Shown here piece after piece: positions 20,715-33,168 of a stretch of 64,000 nucleotides of DNA. The stretch covers positions 28,953 to 92,952 of the forward strand of contig CAWFKQ010000010.1 of NCBI GenBank assembly GCA_963816395.1, in the 5' to 3' direction. Under the pieces are notes generated by a model. It searched no databases. It saw nothing but the letters and a program-made list of their open reading frames with translations, and was not told where the DNA came from. The first letter of the stretch is position 1. Every line of letters begins with the position of its first letter. This DNA is from an uncultured delta proteobacterium (GTDB taxonomy: Bacteria; Desulfobacterota; Desulfuromonadia; Desulfuromonadales; JACZKF01). The position numbers and the translations under genes were made by a program.

Positions 20715-22703
20715 ATGAAGCGGACTCTTTCCTCACTGGGTCTCGTCCGGCTCGGGGTCGTATCTCCCGAGCTGCAGGTGGCCGATGTTGTCTTTAATAC
20801 CGGCCGGATATGCGCCGCCATCGCCCAGGCGGCGGCTGAAGACTGCCGTTTCCTGATCTTCCCGGAACTGTGCCTGACCTCCTACACCTGCGGCGATCTG
20901 TTTTTCCAGCCCCTGCTTATTCAAAAGGCCAGGGAAGCCTTGTGGGAACTGGCCGCCGCCACCGCCGAACATGGTTCGGCGATCGTCGTCGGCGCGCCGG
21001 TCGAGCAGGGAGGGCGGCTGTTCAACTGCGCCGTGTTTCTCGCCGCCGGCCGCATTCTCGGGGTCGTTCCCAAATCCTTCCTGCCCAACACCCAGGAATT
21101 CTACGAGGAGCGCTGGTTTTCATCGGCCACCGACCGTACCGCCGATTTTCTTGAATGGCGGGGGGAGCGCATACCCTTCGGCGCCGATCTCCTGTTCCGG
21201 GCCGTTGGGATGCCGGCCTGCGTGGTCGGGGTGGAAATCTGCGAGGATGCCTGGACGGCCAGCCCGCCGAGCGGCCGGATGGCGGTGCAGGGGGCGACGG
21301 TGCTGCTCAACCTGTCCGCCAGTCCGGAATTGCTGGGGAAGGCGGAATACCGCCGGGCCCTGGTCCAGGCCCAGTCGGCGCGTTGTCTGGCAGCCTACGC
21401 CTACGCCTCGGCCGGACCCGGCGAGTCGAGCACCGACCTGGTTTTCTCGGGGCATTCCCTGATCGCCGAGAACGGCACTGTCCTCACCGAAACCGAGCGT
21501 TTCCGCTTCGAAACGCAGCTGGCGATCGCCGACCTGGATATCGAGCGGCTGCTGAACGAACGGGTGAAAAACAGCAGCTTCGCGGGTGCGCGGGAACCCG
21601 CGGGCTTCCGCGAAATTCCCTTCCCCTTACCCGACGGGCCGGCCGGACGGCTGCGCCGGGAAATCCCCGCCACTCCCTTCGTTCCCAGCGGCGAAGCCGA
21701 GCAGGCCCGCCGCTGCCGGGAGATTTTCGCCCTGCAGACCACCGGTCTGGCCACCCGCCTGCGCCATGCCGGGGTGAGTAAGGCGGTGCTGGGTCTCTCC
21801 GGCGGGCTCGATTCCACCCTGGCCCTGCTGGTGACGGTGCGTGCCTTCGATGCCCTGGGGTTCGACCGGCGGGGGATCGTGGCGCTGACCATGCCCGGTT
21901 TCGGCACCACCGCCCGCACCCGCAGCAATGCCGAAAACCTCGCGGCGCATCTCGGGGTGACTCTGCGGACCATTCCCATCGACCAAGCCGTCGGCCGGCA
22001 TTTCCAGGATATCGGCCATCCCGGCGACCGGCACGATATCACCTATGAGAATGCCCAGGCGCGCGAGCGTACCCAGATCCTCATGGACGTAGCCAACATG
22101 GAAGGAGGGCTGGTGATCGGCACCGGCGATCTCTCCGAACTGGCTCTCGGCTGGTGCACCTACAACGCCGATCACATGTCGATGTACGGGGTGAACGCCG
22201 GCGTTCCCAAGACTCTGGTGCGCTATCTGGTCTCCTGGTGCGCCGAGGCCGAGTTTACCGGCGAGGCCGCCGCCACCCTGACCGATATCTGCCAGACCCC
22301 GTTCTCCCCCGAGCTGCTGCCGCCGGACGAAAATGGCGTCATCGCCCAGGTCACCGAAGACCAGGTCGGCCCTTATCTGCTGCACGACTTCTTCCTCTAC
22401 CATGCGGTGCGCCTGCAGTTCGCCCCCGCGAAAATTTTCTTCCTGGCGCGCCAGGCCTTCGCCGGCACTTTCGGCGACCAGGAGATCCTGCGCTGGCTGA
22501 AGCTTTTCTACCGCCGCTTCTTCTCCCAGCAGTTCAAACGCTCCTGTCTGCCCGACGGGCCGAAGGTTGGCAGCGTGGCCCTGTCGCCGCGCGGCGACTG
22601 GCGCATGCCGAGCGACGCCAGCCCGGCGCTCTGGCTGGCGGAGATCGAAGAACTGGAAAAAGAGATCAGGATTCAGGAATCAGGTGGCGGGAATCAGGAA
22701 TGA
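20715..22703 (+). CDS. nadE: Glutamine-dependent NAD+ synthetase (CN-hydrolase domain plus NadE domain)
   Basis: 662 aa with an N-terminal nitrilase-like domain (VEICEDAW) and a C-terminal synthetase domain with the [16 protein letters not shown]-loop. The last ~12 codons are built from TCAGGNN heptamers. Confidence 0.93.
   Translation: MKRTLSSLGLVRLGVVSPELQVADVVFNTGRICAAIAQAAAEDCRFLIFPELCLTSYTCGDLFFQPLLIQKAREALWELAAATAEHGSAIVVGAPVEQGGRLFNCAVFLAAGRILGVVPKSFLPNTQEFYEERWFSSATDRTADFLEWRGERIPFGADLLFRAVGMPACVVGVEICEDAWTASPPSGRMAVQGATVLLNLSASPELLGKAEYRRALVQAQSARCLAAYAYASAGPGESSTDLVFSGHSLIAENGTVLTETERFRFETQLAIADLDIERLLNERVKNSSFAGAREPAGFREIPFPLPDGPAGRLRREIPATPFVPSGEAEQARRCREIFALQTTGLATRLRHAGVSKAVLGLSGGLDSTLALLVTVRAFDALGFDRRGIVALTMPGFGTTARTRSNAENLAAHLGVTLRTIPIDQAVGRHFQDIGHPGDRHDITYENAQARERTQILMDVANMEGGLVIGTGDLSELALGWCTYNADHMSMYGVNAGVPKTLVRYLVSWCAEAEFTGEAAATLTDICQTPFSPELLPPDENGVIAQVTEDQVGPYLLHDFFLYHAVRLQFAPAKIFFLARQAFAGTFGDQEILRWLKLFYRRFFSQQFKRSCLPDGPKVGSVALSPRGDWRMPSDASPALWLAEIEELEKEIRIQESGGGNQE
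22666..22700. repeat. Five tandem TCAGGNN-type heptamers forming the 3' end of nadE
   Basis: tcaggat tcaggaa tcaggtg gcgggaa tcaggaa, then tga. The downstream spacer (22738-22760) carries the reverse-complement words (tgaacct, aacctga). Confidence 0.6.
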
Positions 22704-22787
22704 AAGAGCCGGAAACTTATACCTTGGGTCTTGGACGACCTGAACCTTTAACCTGAAGCCCGTTAACTGGAGCCTGTACCCGCTTTT

Positions 22788-23583
22788 ATGACCGGCACCC
22801 TCTATCTCGTCGCCACGCCGATCGGCAATCTCGAAGACATGACCCTGCGCGCCCTGCGGGTGCTGAAGGAGGTCGACCTGGTTGCGGCCGAGGATACCCG
22901 CCACAGCCGCAAGCTCTTCGCCCACTACGGCATCGCTACGCCGCTCACCTCCTATTTCGTCCACAATGAGCGGGAGAAGGGGGAGAAGATTCTGGATACT
23001 GCTGCGGGAAGGGAAGTCGGTGGCGCTGATTTCCGATGCAGGGATGCCGGCGATCGCCGATCCCGGTTTCCTGCTGGTGCGCCGCTGCCGGCAGGAGGGG
23101 CTGCCGGTGACGGCCGTCCCCGGCCCCTCGGCCCTGGTCACCGCCCTGGCTCTTTCCGGGCTGCCCACCGACCGCTTCCTCTTCGAGGGGTTCCTGCCGG
23201 CCAAGGGGAGCGCCCGGCGGGAGGCGCTGCGCACCTTGCGCGGCGAAGGCAGGACCGTCATCTTCTACGAGGCGCCGCACCGCCTGGCGGCAACTCTGCG
23301 CGATCTGGCGGCGGAACTGGGAGAAGAGCGGGAGGTGGCGGTGGCCCGGGAGCTGACCAAACTGCACGAGGAGCTTTTCCGCGGCCCGGCGGCGGCAGCG
23401 GTCGAGCATTTCGGCAGAGAGCGGGTGCGGGGAGAGATCGTTCTGCTGGTGGCGCCGGCGGTAGAGGAGAAGCCGGTGGAAACGGTGGCGGCACGCCTTG
23501 CGCCGCTGGCGGCGGAGACCGAGCTGCCGATGCGCGAAGTCGTCCGGCAGGTGGCCGAAGGAGTTCGGACTTTCCGGCAGTGA
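22788..23583 (+). pseudogene. rsmI: 16S rRNA (cytidine1402-2'-O)-methyltransferase RsmI; one frameshift as written
   Basis: Track ORF 22788.. gives MTGTLYLVATPIGNLEDMTLRAL...EKGEKILD. Track ORF 22882..23583 continues LLREGKSVALISDAGMPAIADPG... Junction at ctggatActgctg (about 22998), consistent with one extra base. Confidence 0.85.
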
Positions 23584-23646
23584 AGTCTATCGGGAGAGCC
23601 TTGCGAAAATAAAAGAGGAAGACAGAAATAAAGTCTCATCGCGGCG

Positions 23647-23859
23647 TCATGCACGAGAACGCACTTCGTCCAGCGCGACGACGGGCTGAAGGAGAAGGTA
23701 TTGCGCGGCACGGTACAAGCGCCCGCGGAATTCGCGGTCGTGAAGGAAGCCGTCGATAAACACCTGCGCCGGATCTTTGGCGTAGCCCTGAAGGCTGCCG
23801 AATACGGGATTTCCACTCTGGATGGGAAGAAGATTCCTGATAGGAGGCATTGACCGCAT
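23647..23859 (-). CDS. Hypothetical 70-aa ORF (possible gene remnant)
   Basis: Only candidate ORF in the 340-bp rsmI-acyP gap. The central part has host-like codon usage. No convincing Shine-Dalgarno and no family recognised. Confidence 0.3.
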   Translation of the reverse strand: MRSMPPIRNLLPIQSGNPVFGSLQGYAKDPAQVFIDGFLHDREFRGRLYRAAQYLLLQPVVALDEVRSRA

Positions 23860-23923
23860 GAGGGAGAACTAACTCCCCCACGTCCCCCCTTGGCACGGGG
23901 GAAGCTAAGAACGGAGGGGTTGC

Positions 23924-26369
<2,446 letters not shown>

Positions 26370-26466
26370 TCAACGTCCAGAGAGGAAACTTTATTGTATT
26401 CTAACCGGTGATCGGCTAGAATCACGCCTTATTTCCGCTCTTCGATTATCTGGAGACAATCCCCGC

Positions 26467-27727
26467 ATGTCGGAAGACCAGCTTCTGCACCTTCTGGGTC
26501 TGGCCATCCTGTTTTTCCTCTCCGCATTCTTTTCCGGCTCGGAAACGGCGCTGATGGCCATGGACCGGCTGCGCCTGAAGTACCTGGTGCAGAAAAAGAG
26601 ACATAATGCCGAACGGATGGAGGCATTGCTGGAGAATCCGGACCGGCTGCTCGGGGCCATTCTGGTCGGCAACAACCTGGTGAATATCGCTGCCTCCGTT
26701 TTCGCCACCACCTTTTTCGTCCAGCTCTACGGCGATGGCGGCGAAATCCTGACCATTCTCGTACTGACGCCGCTGCTGCTCATCTTTTCCGAGATCACGC
26801 CGAAAACCTATGCCGCCCAGAATCCGGAGAAGGTTTCCTTCGCCGTCCTGCGCCCGATCCTGGCGGTTCTCTGGATGCTCAATCCTGTGGTCTGGCTGGT
26901 GACCGGCATCTCGCGGTCGATCACCCGGATGTTCAGAAAACAGAAGGCGCGGCCGGTCATTTCCGAGGATGAGATCCGTACCCTGATCTCCGTCGGGGAG
27001 GATGCCGGAGTGGTGGCGAAGGAACAGCGCCGCATGCTCCTGGGGGTGTTCGAGCTCACCCAGGTGCGCGTGCGCGACGTGATGATCCCGCGCACCGAGA
27101 TGGTGGGAGTCGAGGTCAACACTCCCTTCGACCAGGTGCTGGCGGCGATCCGCCAGTCGCATCATTCCCGTTTCCCGGTCTTCGAAGAAAGTTACGACAG
27201 CATTATCGGCATCATTCACGCCAAGGACATCCTCGATTACGTGGGGCGCCCCGAGGATTTTTCCCTGCGCGATATCGCCCGGCCGCCCTACTTCGTCCCC
27301 GAATCGAAGCGCATCGGCACCCTGCTGCAGTCATTCCGCAAGAAGCGGGTGCACCTGGCGGTGGTGGTCGACGAGTACGGCGGCGCCGAGGGGATCGTCA
27401 CCCTGGAGGATATCGTCGAGGAGATCGTCGGCGAAATCCAGGACGAGTACGATGTGGAAGAGGTTCTCTACCGCGAAATCGAGCCCGGCCGCTACCTGGT
27501 GGACGGCAGCGTTTCCCTGCGCGCTCTCAACCGCCGCTTCGGACTGGATCTTTCCGAGGAGCACGCCAATACCGTAGCCGGCTTTCTGCTGCGCACCATG
27601 GGCAGCATTCCGGAGGTGGGGGACAGCTGCGAGTCCGGCCGGCACCCTTTTCACCGTGCGCAAGGTGGTTGATCGGCGGATCGAGGAAATCGAGATGACT
27701 TTGCCGGCCGAGCGGGAGAAGCGCTAG
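26467..27727 (+). pseudogene. CNNM / HlyC-CorC family transporter (DUF21 - CBS pair - CorC_HlyC); C-terminal frameshift as written
   Basis: Track ORF 26467..27672 covers all but the last ~25 aa. The true C-terminus FTVRKVVDRRIEEIEMTLPAEREKR* is in the next frame and ends at 27727. The shift sits at a T4 run (27648-27651). Confidence 0.8.
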
Positions 27728-27756
27728 CTGTCCTTGCCGACATTCCCACGCTTACC

Positions 27757-27788
27757 GGACCCCCTGGCCAGGGGGTCCTTTTCTTTTC
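27757..27788 (+). terminator. Rho-independent terminator after the CorC-like gene
   Basis: ggaccccct-ggcc-agggggtcc (9-bp stem) followed by ttttctttt. Confidence 0.8.
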
Positions 27789-27827
27789 CGGGTTCCGCCT
27801 AAGTACTTAAAAAATTAGAAAATCTTC

Positions 27828-27856
27828 TTGACAAGGGGAAATGGGGCCAGTATAGT
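27828..27856 (+). promoter_or_regulatory. Consensus sigma70-type promoter of the dcw cluster (Pmra equivalent)
   Basis: TTGACA (27828-27833), 17-nt spacer, TATAGT (27851-27856). G-rich pentamers nearby (TGGGG 27842, GTGGGG 27866, GTGTC 27876, the last two 10 bp apart) are candidate MraZ boxes. Confidence 0.65.
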
Positions 27857-27902
27857 TCCCAAAAGGTGGGGAAAAGTGTCATTTGCGGCCATCGGGGACC
27901 AT

Positions 27903-28346
27903 GTGAATTTCACCGGCGAATATCACAACTCCATTGACCCCAAGGGGCGGGCCAGCATACCGGCGAAGTTCCGGGATGTGCTGGCTCAGCAGGGGGACGA
28001 GCGCCTGGTGGTGACCAAAAACCTGGAGGGCGGTCTGACCGCCTATCCGCTTCCGCTCTGGCAGGAGATCGAGGAGAAGGTCCGCAACTCCGCCAACAGC
28101 CCGCAGAAGCAGGCGATGATCCGGACCCTGATCGCCCCCAAGGCGGAATGTACCTTCGACAAGCAGGGGCGTATCCAGATTCCCCAGTCTCTGCGCACCC
28201 ACGCCGTTCTGGAAAAGGACATCGTGGTGGTGGGTTTGTTCGAGAAAATCGAAATCTACAGCCAGGCCCGGTATGCCGAAGTGATGCTCAAGTCGGGTGA
28301 ACTTCTGCAGGCGGATTCCCAGGCCGTGGCCAATATGGGCTTCTGA
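27903..28346 (+). CDS. mraZ: Transcriptional regulator MraZ
   Basis: VNFTGEYHNSIDPKGRASIPAKFR... and a second half KQGRIQIPQSLR (two SpoVT/AbrB-like repeats). The track start (TTG 27828) is the -35 hexamer, so GTG 27903 is more likely. Confidence 0.85.
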   Translation: MNFTGEYHNSIDPKGRASIPAKFRDVLAQQGDERLVVTKNLEGGLTAYPLPLWQEIEEKVRNSANSPQKQAMIRTLIAPKAECTFDKQGRIQIPQSLRTHAVLEKDIVVVGLFEKIEIYSQARYAEVMLKSGELLQADSQAVANMGF

Positions 28347-28349
28347 TCT

Positions 28350-29297
28350 TTGACCGTACCCGGGTTCGAACACAGTCCGGTGATGCCGGAAGAGGTTCTT
28401 TCACTCCTGGCGCCCCGCTCCGGCGAGATTTTTCTCGACGGTACCGTGGGCGGTGGCGGCCATGCCCGGCTGATCCTCGAGGCCAGCGCCCCGGCCGGGC
28501 GGCTGATCGGCCTCGACCGCGATCCGCAGGCGCTGGCGCAGGCGACAGCGGTCCTCGCCCCCTTCGGTGACCGGGTTGTGCTGCGGCACCGCAACTTCTC
28601 CGAGGCCGCGGCGGTGCTGGCGGAACTGGGGATCGAGGGGCTGGACGGGATGCTCCTGGATCTGGGCGTCTCCTCCTTCCAGCTCGATGCGGCGGAGCGG
28701 GGCTTCTCCTTCCGCCAGGAGGCGCCGCTCGACATGCGCATGGACCCGACCTCCGGCCCTACTGCCGCCGAGGTGGTGAACGAGGCCGAAGCCGGGGAGC
28801 TGACCCGCATCTTCCGCGAATTCGGTGAGGAGAGGTGGGCCGGAAGGATCGCCCGGCGCATCATCCAGGTGCGGCGGGAGCGGCCGCTGACCACCACCCG
28901 CGAGCTGGCGGAACTGGTCCGGGACACTGTTCCCGGCGGCCATGTGCCGGGGCGGATCCATCCGGCCACCCGGGTTTTTCAGGCACTGCGGATTCATGTC
29001 AACGAGGAGCTCGAGCACGTTTCCCGCGGTCTCAGCAGTGCCGTTGATCTGCTCAAGCCGGGAGGGCGTCTGGCGGTGATCAGCTTTCATTCGCTGGAAG
29101 ATCGGATCGTCAAGCATTTTTTCCAGGAGGAGGCGAGGGGATGCATCTGCCCACCGCGTCTCCCCATCTGCCGCTGCGGGCATCTCCCCCGCGTCGACCT
29201 GCTCACCCGCAAGGGATTGCGGGCATCGAATGCCGAGGTGGAGATCAATCCGCGGGCGCGCAGCGCCATTCTCAGGGCCGTCCGCCGTCGACCCTGA
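28350..29297 (+). CDS. rsmH: 16S rRNA (cytosine1402-N4)-methyltransferase RsmH/MraW
   Basis: HSPVMPEEVL, DGTVGGGGHA, LDLGVSSFQLD. TTG start at 28350 (GTG 28380 or ATG 28383 are also possible). Confidence 0.92.
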   Translation: MTVPGFEHSPVMPEEVLSLLAPRSGEIFLDGTVGGGGHARLILEASAPAGRLIGLDRDPQALAQATAVLAPFGDRVVLRHRNFSEAAAVLAELGIEGLDGMLLDLGVSSFQLDAAERGFSFRQEAPLDMRMDPTSGPTAAEVVNEAEAGELTRIFREFGEERWAGRIARRIIQVRRERPLTTTRELAELVRDTVPGGHVPGRIHPATRVFQALRIHVNEELEHVSRGLSSAVDLLKPGGRLAVISFHSLEDRIVKHFFQEEARGCICPPRLPICRCGHLPRVDLLTRKGLRASNAEVEINPRARSAILRAVRRRP

Positions 29298-29334
29298 TGC
29301 TTCCCCTCCCGGGGAATGGAGTGAAGGAGGCGAT

Positions 29335-29652
29335 ATGTCGGATACTACTCTCAGAGCCATCCCCAAGGTCAACGGTTTTCCCCTGAGCCGGCCCCGGCTG
29401 GTCCCCCTGTTCGCCTATATCGCCGTCGTTCTGGTGATCTCACTCTTTTTTGTCTGGTCGCGCCTGCAGGTGGTTCATCTGGAATATGACCTCAGTAGTC
29501 TGGAGGGACAGCTGCGCCAGATGCAGCAGGAAAGCAGTCGCCTGCGTCTGGAGGCGGCGAGCCTGCGCAATCCCGTGCGGATCGAGCAACTGGCCCGAAG
29601 CCAGATGGGGCTGCGGCTCCCCTTGCCCTCACAGGTGATCACCGTCAACTGA
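29335..29652 (+). CDS. ftsL: Cell division protein FtsL
   Basis: 105 aa with a single TM segment (LFAYIAVVLVISLFFVW) plus a coiled coil. ATG at 29335 follows GAAGGAGG. Conserved dcw position. Confidence 0.8.
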   Translation: MSDTTLRAIPKVNGFPLSRPRLVPLFAYIAVVLVISLFFVWSRLQVVHLEYDLSSLEGQLRQMQQESSRLRLEAASLRNPVRIEQLARSQMGLRLPLPSQVITVN

Positions 29653-31617
29653 TGGGCGGGCCGGAGAAGTGGATCGGCATTCGTATTCGGCTGGTCGGTC
29701 TCTGTTTTCTGGCCGTTTTTGCCCTGGTGATGGTGCGGGCCTTCCAGCTGCAGGTGCTTGCTCGCGACGAATGGCGTAAGCGCGCCGAGCGGCAGCACCA
29801 GCGAATTATCCCCCTCACTCCCCAGCGGGGGACGATCTACGATCGCAATGGCGAGGAGCTGGCAGTGAGTCTTGAGGTGGATTCAATTTTCGTCGATCCG
29901 TCCCAGGTCACCGACGCACCGCATGCTGCCCGGGCGCTGGCCGTGGCGCTGGGGCAGCCGTATCGGGCGCTGAAGGCGAAGCTGGATTCGAAAAAAAGCT
30001 TCCAGTGGCTGAAGCGGCAGGTCTCTGAGCGCGAGAGTCAGTCGGTGCGGGAGCTGCATCTCGATGGGGTGAATTTCACCAAGGAACATCGGCGCTACTA
30101 TCCCAATTCGGAAATCGGCGCTCAGGTGATCGGTTTCACCGGCCTCGATCCGGAAGGGCTGGAGGGGGTGGAGCTGTCCTTCGATTCAGTGCTCCTCGGC
30201 CAAGGCGGCTACCTGGTGATGGAGCGGGACGCCCTTGGGCGGGGTCTCGGCCCGGGCGCTCCGGTCGTCGAGGGAGGAAGGGGCAGCAGTCTTTACCTGA
30301 CCCTGGATAAAAACCTTCAGTACATCGCGGAAAAAGAGCTGGCGGATGGGGTGCGCCAGGCCAAAGCGCGGGCGGGGACGGTGATGATTCTCGACCCGCA
30401 GACCGGGCAGGTGCTGGCCATGGCCAGCGAGCCCGATTTCAACCCCAATGCCTTTTACAAATATCGCCCCGGCCAGTGGCGCAACCGGGCGATCTGCGAT
30501 ACCTACGAGCCGGGCTCGACCTTCAAGCCGTTTGTGCTGGCGGCGGCGCTCAACGAGAAGGTGATCACCCCGGAGCAGCGCATTTTTGCCGAAAACGGCA
30601 GCTATCGGGTGGGCGGTCGGACGATTCATGATCACCATCCCTACGGTACCCTGACGGTCACCGAGATCCTGAAGTACAGCTCCAATATCGGCATGGCCAA
30701 GATAGGCAAGATGTTGGAGCGTGAGCGGGTCTACCGTTACCTTACCGCCTTCGGTTTCGGGGCTCCCACCGGCATCCGGCTGCCGGGGGAAGTCGCAGGG
30801 ACGGTTCGCAAACCTTCGCAGATGTTCGAGGTCGACCTGGCGACGGAAAGTTTCGGCCAAGGAGTTTCGGTCACTCCCGTGCAATTGGCGACCGCCACCG
30901 CCGCCATCGCCAATGGTGGCTACCTGATGGCCCCCTACGTGGTGGAGCGGGTCGTCGACAGCTTCGGCCAGGTGATCGAATACCGCCAGCCGACCGTGGT
31001 GCGCCAGGTGGTTTCCGAGGAAGTGGCGCGGAAGGTGCGGCAGATCATGTTCGATACCACCGAGGAAGGTGGAACGGGGACTCTGGCCGCGGTACCGGGT
31101 TACCGGATTGCCGGCAAGACCGGTACGGCGCAGAAGGTCGATCCGGTGACCGGCGGCTATTCGATGGATAAAATGGTCGCATCTTTTGTCGGAATGGCCC
31201 CGGCGGAGGGGGCGCGGCTGGTCGTGCTGGTGGTTATTGACGAGCCCGAGAAACACGTCTACGGCGGACTGGCGGCGGCGCCGGTATTCGCCCGCATCGT
31301 CTCGCAGGCGCTGCATTACCTGAAAGTGCCGCCGACGGAACCGGTGCGGGAGATGGCCATGGCCCCGCCGCTGCCGGAGCCGGCAGTGGGCGAGATCGAT
31401 TGCCGATGAAGAGGAATCGGAGCCGGCGGCGGACGGCAGGCTGCGCATGCCCGATTTCATCGGCCTCAGTTACCGGCAGGTGCTGCAGGCGATGGAGAAG
31501 ACCGGCATCAATGTCAAGCTCAACGGCACCGGTCGGGTGGTGGAGCAGCACCCGCGACCAGGGCAGCCGATCCGTTACGGGACGGAAGTGTGGGTGAGGT
31601 TCACCACCCCCACCTGA
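29652..31617 (+). pseudogene. ftsI: Peptidoglycan D,D-transpeptidase FtsI (PBP3) with a C-terminal PASTA domain; PASTA part is frameshifted as written
   Basis: Track ORF 29652..31409 has the PBP dimerisation and transpeptidase domains (STFKP, SSN, KTGT). The next frame continues ...EEESEPAADGRLRMPDFIGLSYRQVLQAMEKTGINVKLNGTGRVVEQHPRPGQPIRYGTEVWVRFTTPT*, a typical PASTA fold pattern. Shift near 31400; the span is 1 mod 3. Confidence 0.82.
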
Positions 31618-31662
31618 AAACCTTTGACTTTTCCCGGGGAGAAGAGGAAAATAGCTGATTCC

Positions 31663-33168
31663 ATGAGACTTTCTCAGCTGTTCAAGGATATTCCCCTCCG
31701 TCCTCTGCAGGCGGATTCGGACCCGGAAGTAGCCGGTCTCGCTTATGACTCCCGGCAGGTCGAGCCCGGCGGCCTTTTCTTCGCCCTGCGCGGGGAGAAG
31801 GCCGACGGGCATCAGTTTATCGAGCAGGCCATCCAGCGTGGCGCGGTCGCCGTGGTGATGGAGGAGGAACGACCTTTGCCGCCCGGGGTGGCCGGTTTCC
31901 TGGCCGAAAACGGCCGGCGGGTCATGGCGCTGGCGGCAGCTGCTTTTTACGGCGATCCGACGGCCGACATGACGGTGGTCGGCGTGACCGGCACCAACGG
32001 TAAAACCACCACCACCTACCTGCTCGAAGCGGTTCTGCGCGCGGCCGGCAAACGACCGGCGGTTTTCGGCACCGTCAACTACCGGTTCGGCGAGCGCGTT
32101 CTCCCCTCCCTGCATACCACCCCGGAGTCGGTCGACCTGCTGCGCACGATCGCAGAATTCCGGCGGGCGGGGGCCGATGCCCTGATCATGGAGGCCTCCT
32201 CGCATGCCCTGGAGCAGCACCGGGTGGATGGGGTGCGCTTCGATGCCGCAATCTTTACCAATCTCACCCCCGAGCATCTCGATTACCATCGGGATATGGA
32301 AAGCTACTTCGCCGGCAAGCGTCGCCTGTTCAAACTGGTGGAGGAGACCGGGGGAAAAGCGGTGGTGAACATTGACGATCCTTACGGCGCCCGGTTGGCC
32401 GCCGGGCTGCCGGCGGTGGTCTCCTGCGGCACCTCTCCGGCGGCGATGGTGCGGCCGCTGCGGGTCTCCCTCTCCATGGACGGTATTGCCGGCGAACTGG
32501 CGACGCCGGCCGGCCCATTGCCCTTGCACTCGCGCCTGCTGGGGGATTTTAACCTGCACAATCTGCTCGGTGCCGCCGGTGCCGGTCTGGCTCTCGGCCT
32601 CGACCCGCAGACGATCGCCGCCGGGCTGGCGCAGGCGCCGCAGGTCCCCGGCCGCCTGGAGCGCATCGAGAACGGCCGGGGGGCGCTGGTGCTGGTCGAT
32701 TATGCCCACACCGGCGATGCCCTGGAGAAGGTGCTGAGCACCCTGGCCGCCCTTTCCCCGGGTCGGATAATCACGGTTTTCGGCTGTGGCGGTGACCGCG
32801 ATCGCAGCAAGCGGCCGGTCATGGGGGAGGTCGCCGCTCGCTTCAGTGATCTCGCCCTGATTACTTCCGATAATCCCCGCACCGAGGAGCCGCTGGCTAT
32901 TATTGAAGAGGTGCGGGCCGGCGCCCAACGGGTTCATCCCCTGGCCTGGTCCCGGGAAGAGGCGACGCGGTCGCCCGGTCGCGGCTTTCTTGTCATCCCC
33001 GACCGCCGCGAAGCGATCGCTTTCGCCGTTTCCCTGCTGCAACCCGGGGATCTGCTGCTGGTTGCCGGCAAGGGACATGAAGATTATCAGATCATCGGCC
33101 GTGAACGATTCCATTTCGACGATCGGGAGGAACTGCGCCGCGCCCTGACGCGGCTGGAGAATAGATGA
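31663..33168 (+). CDS. murE: UDP-N-acetylmuramoyl-L-alanyl-D-glutamate--2,6-diaminopimelate ligase
   Basis: GVTGTNGKTTTTYLL and the DNPR motif (TSDNPRTE). ATG at 31663. Confidence 0.95.
   Translation: MRLSQLFKDIPLRPLQADSDPEVAGLAYDSRQVEPGGLFFALRGEKADGHQFIEQAIQRGAVAVVMEEERPLPPGVAGFLAENGRRVMALAAAAFYGDPTADMTVVGVTGTNGKTTTTYLLEAVLRAAGKRPAVFGTVNYRFGERVLPSLHTTPESVDLLRTIAEFRRAGADALIMEASSHALEQHRVDGVRFDAAIFTNLTPEHLDYHRDMESYFAGKRRLFKLVEETGGKAVVNIDDPYGARLAAGLPAVVSCGTSPAAMVRPLRVSLSMDGIAGELATPAGPLPLHSRLLGDFNLHNLLGAAGAGLALGLDPQTIAAGLAQAPQVPGRLERIENGRGALVLVDYAHTGDALEKVLSTLAALSPGRIITVFGCGGDRDRSKRPVMGEVAARFSDLALITSDNPRTEEPLAIIEEVRAGAQRVHPLAWSREEATRSPGRGFLVIPDRREAIAFAVSLLQPGDLLLVAGKGHEDYQIIGRERFHFDDREELRRALTRLENR

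Noticed and set aside
27828-27902. TTG at 27828 as the mraZ start codon (track ORF start).
   Set aside because: This TTG is the first three bases of a perfect TTGACA -35 box paired with TATAGT 17 nt downstream. MraZ homology (FxGxxxxxxDxKGR) starts at GTG 27903.
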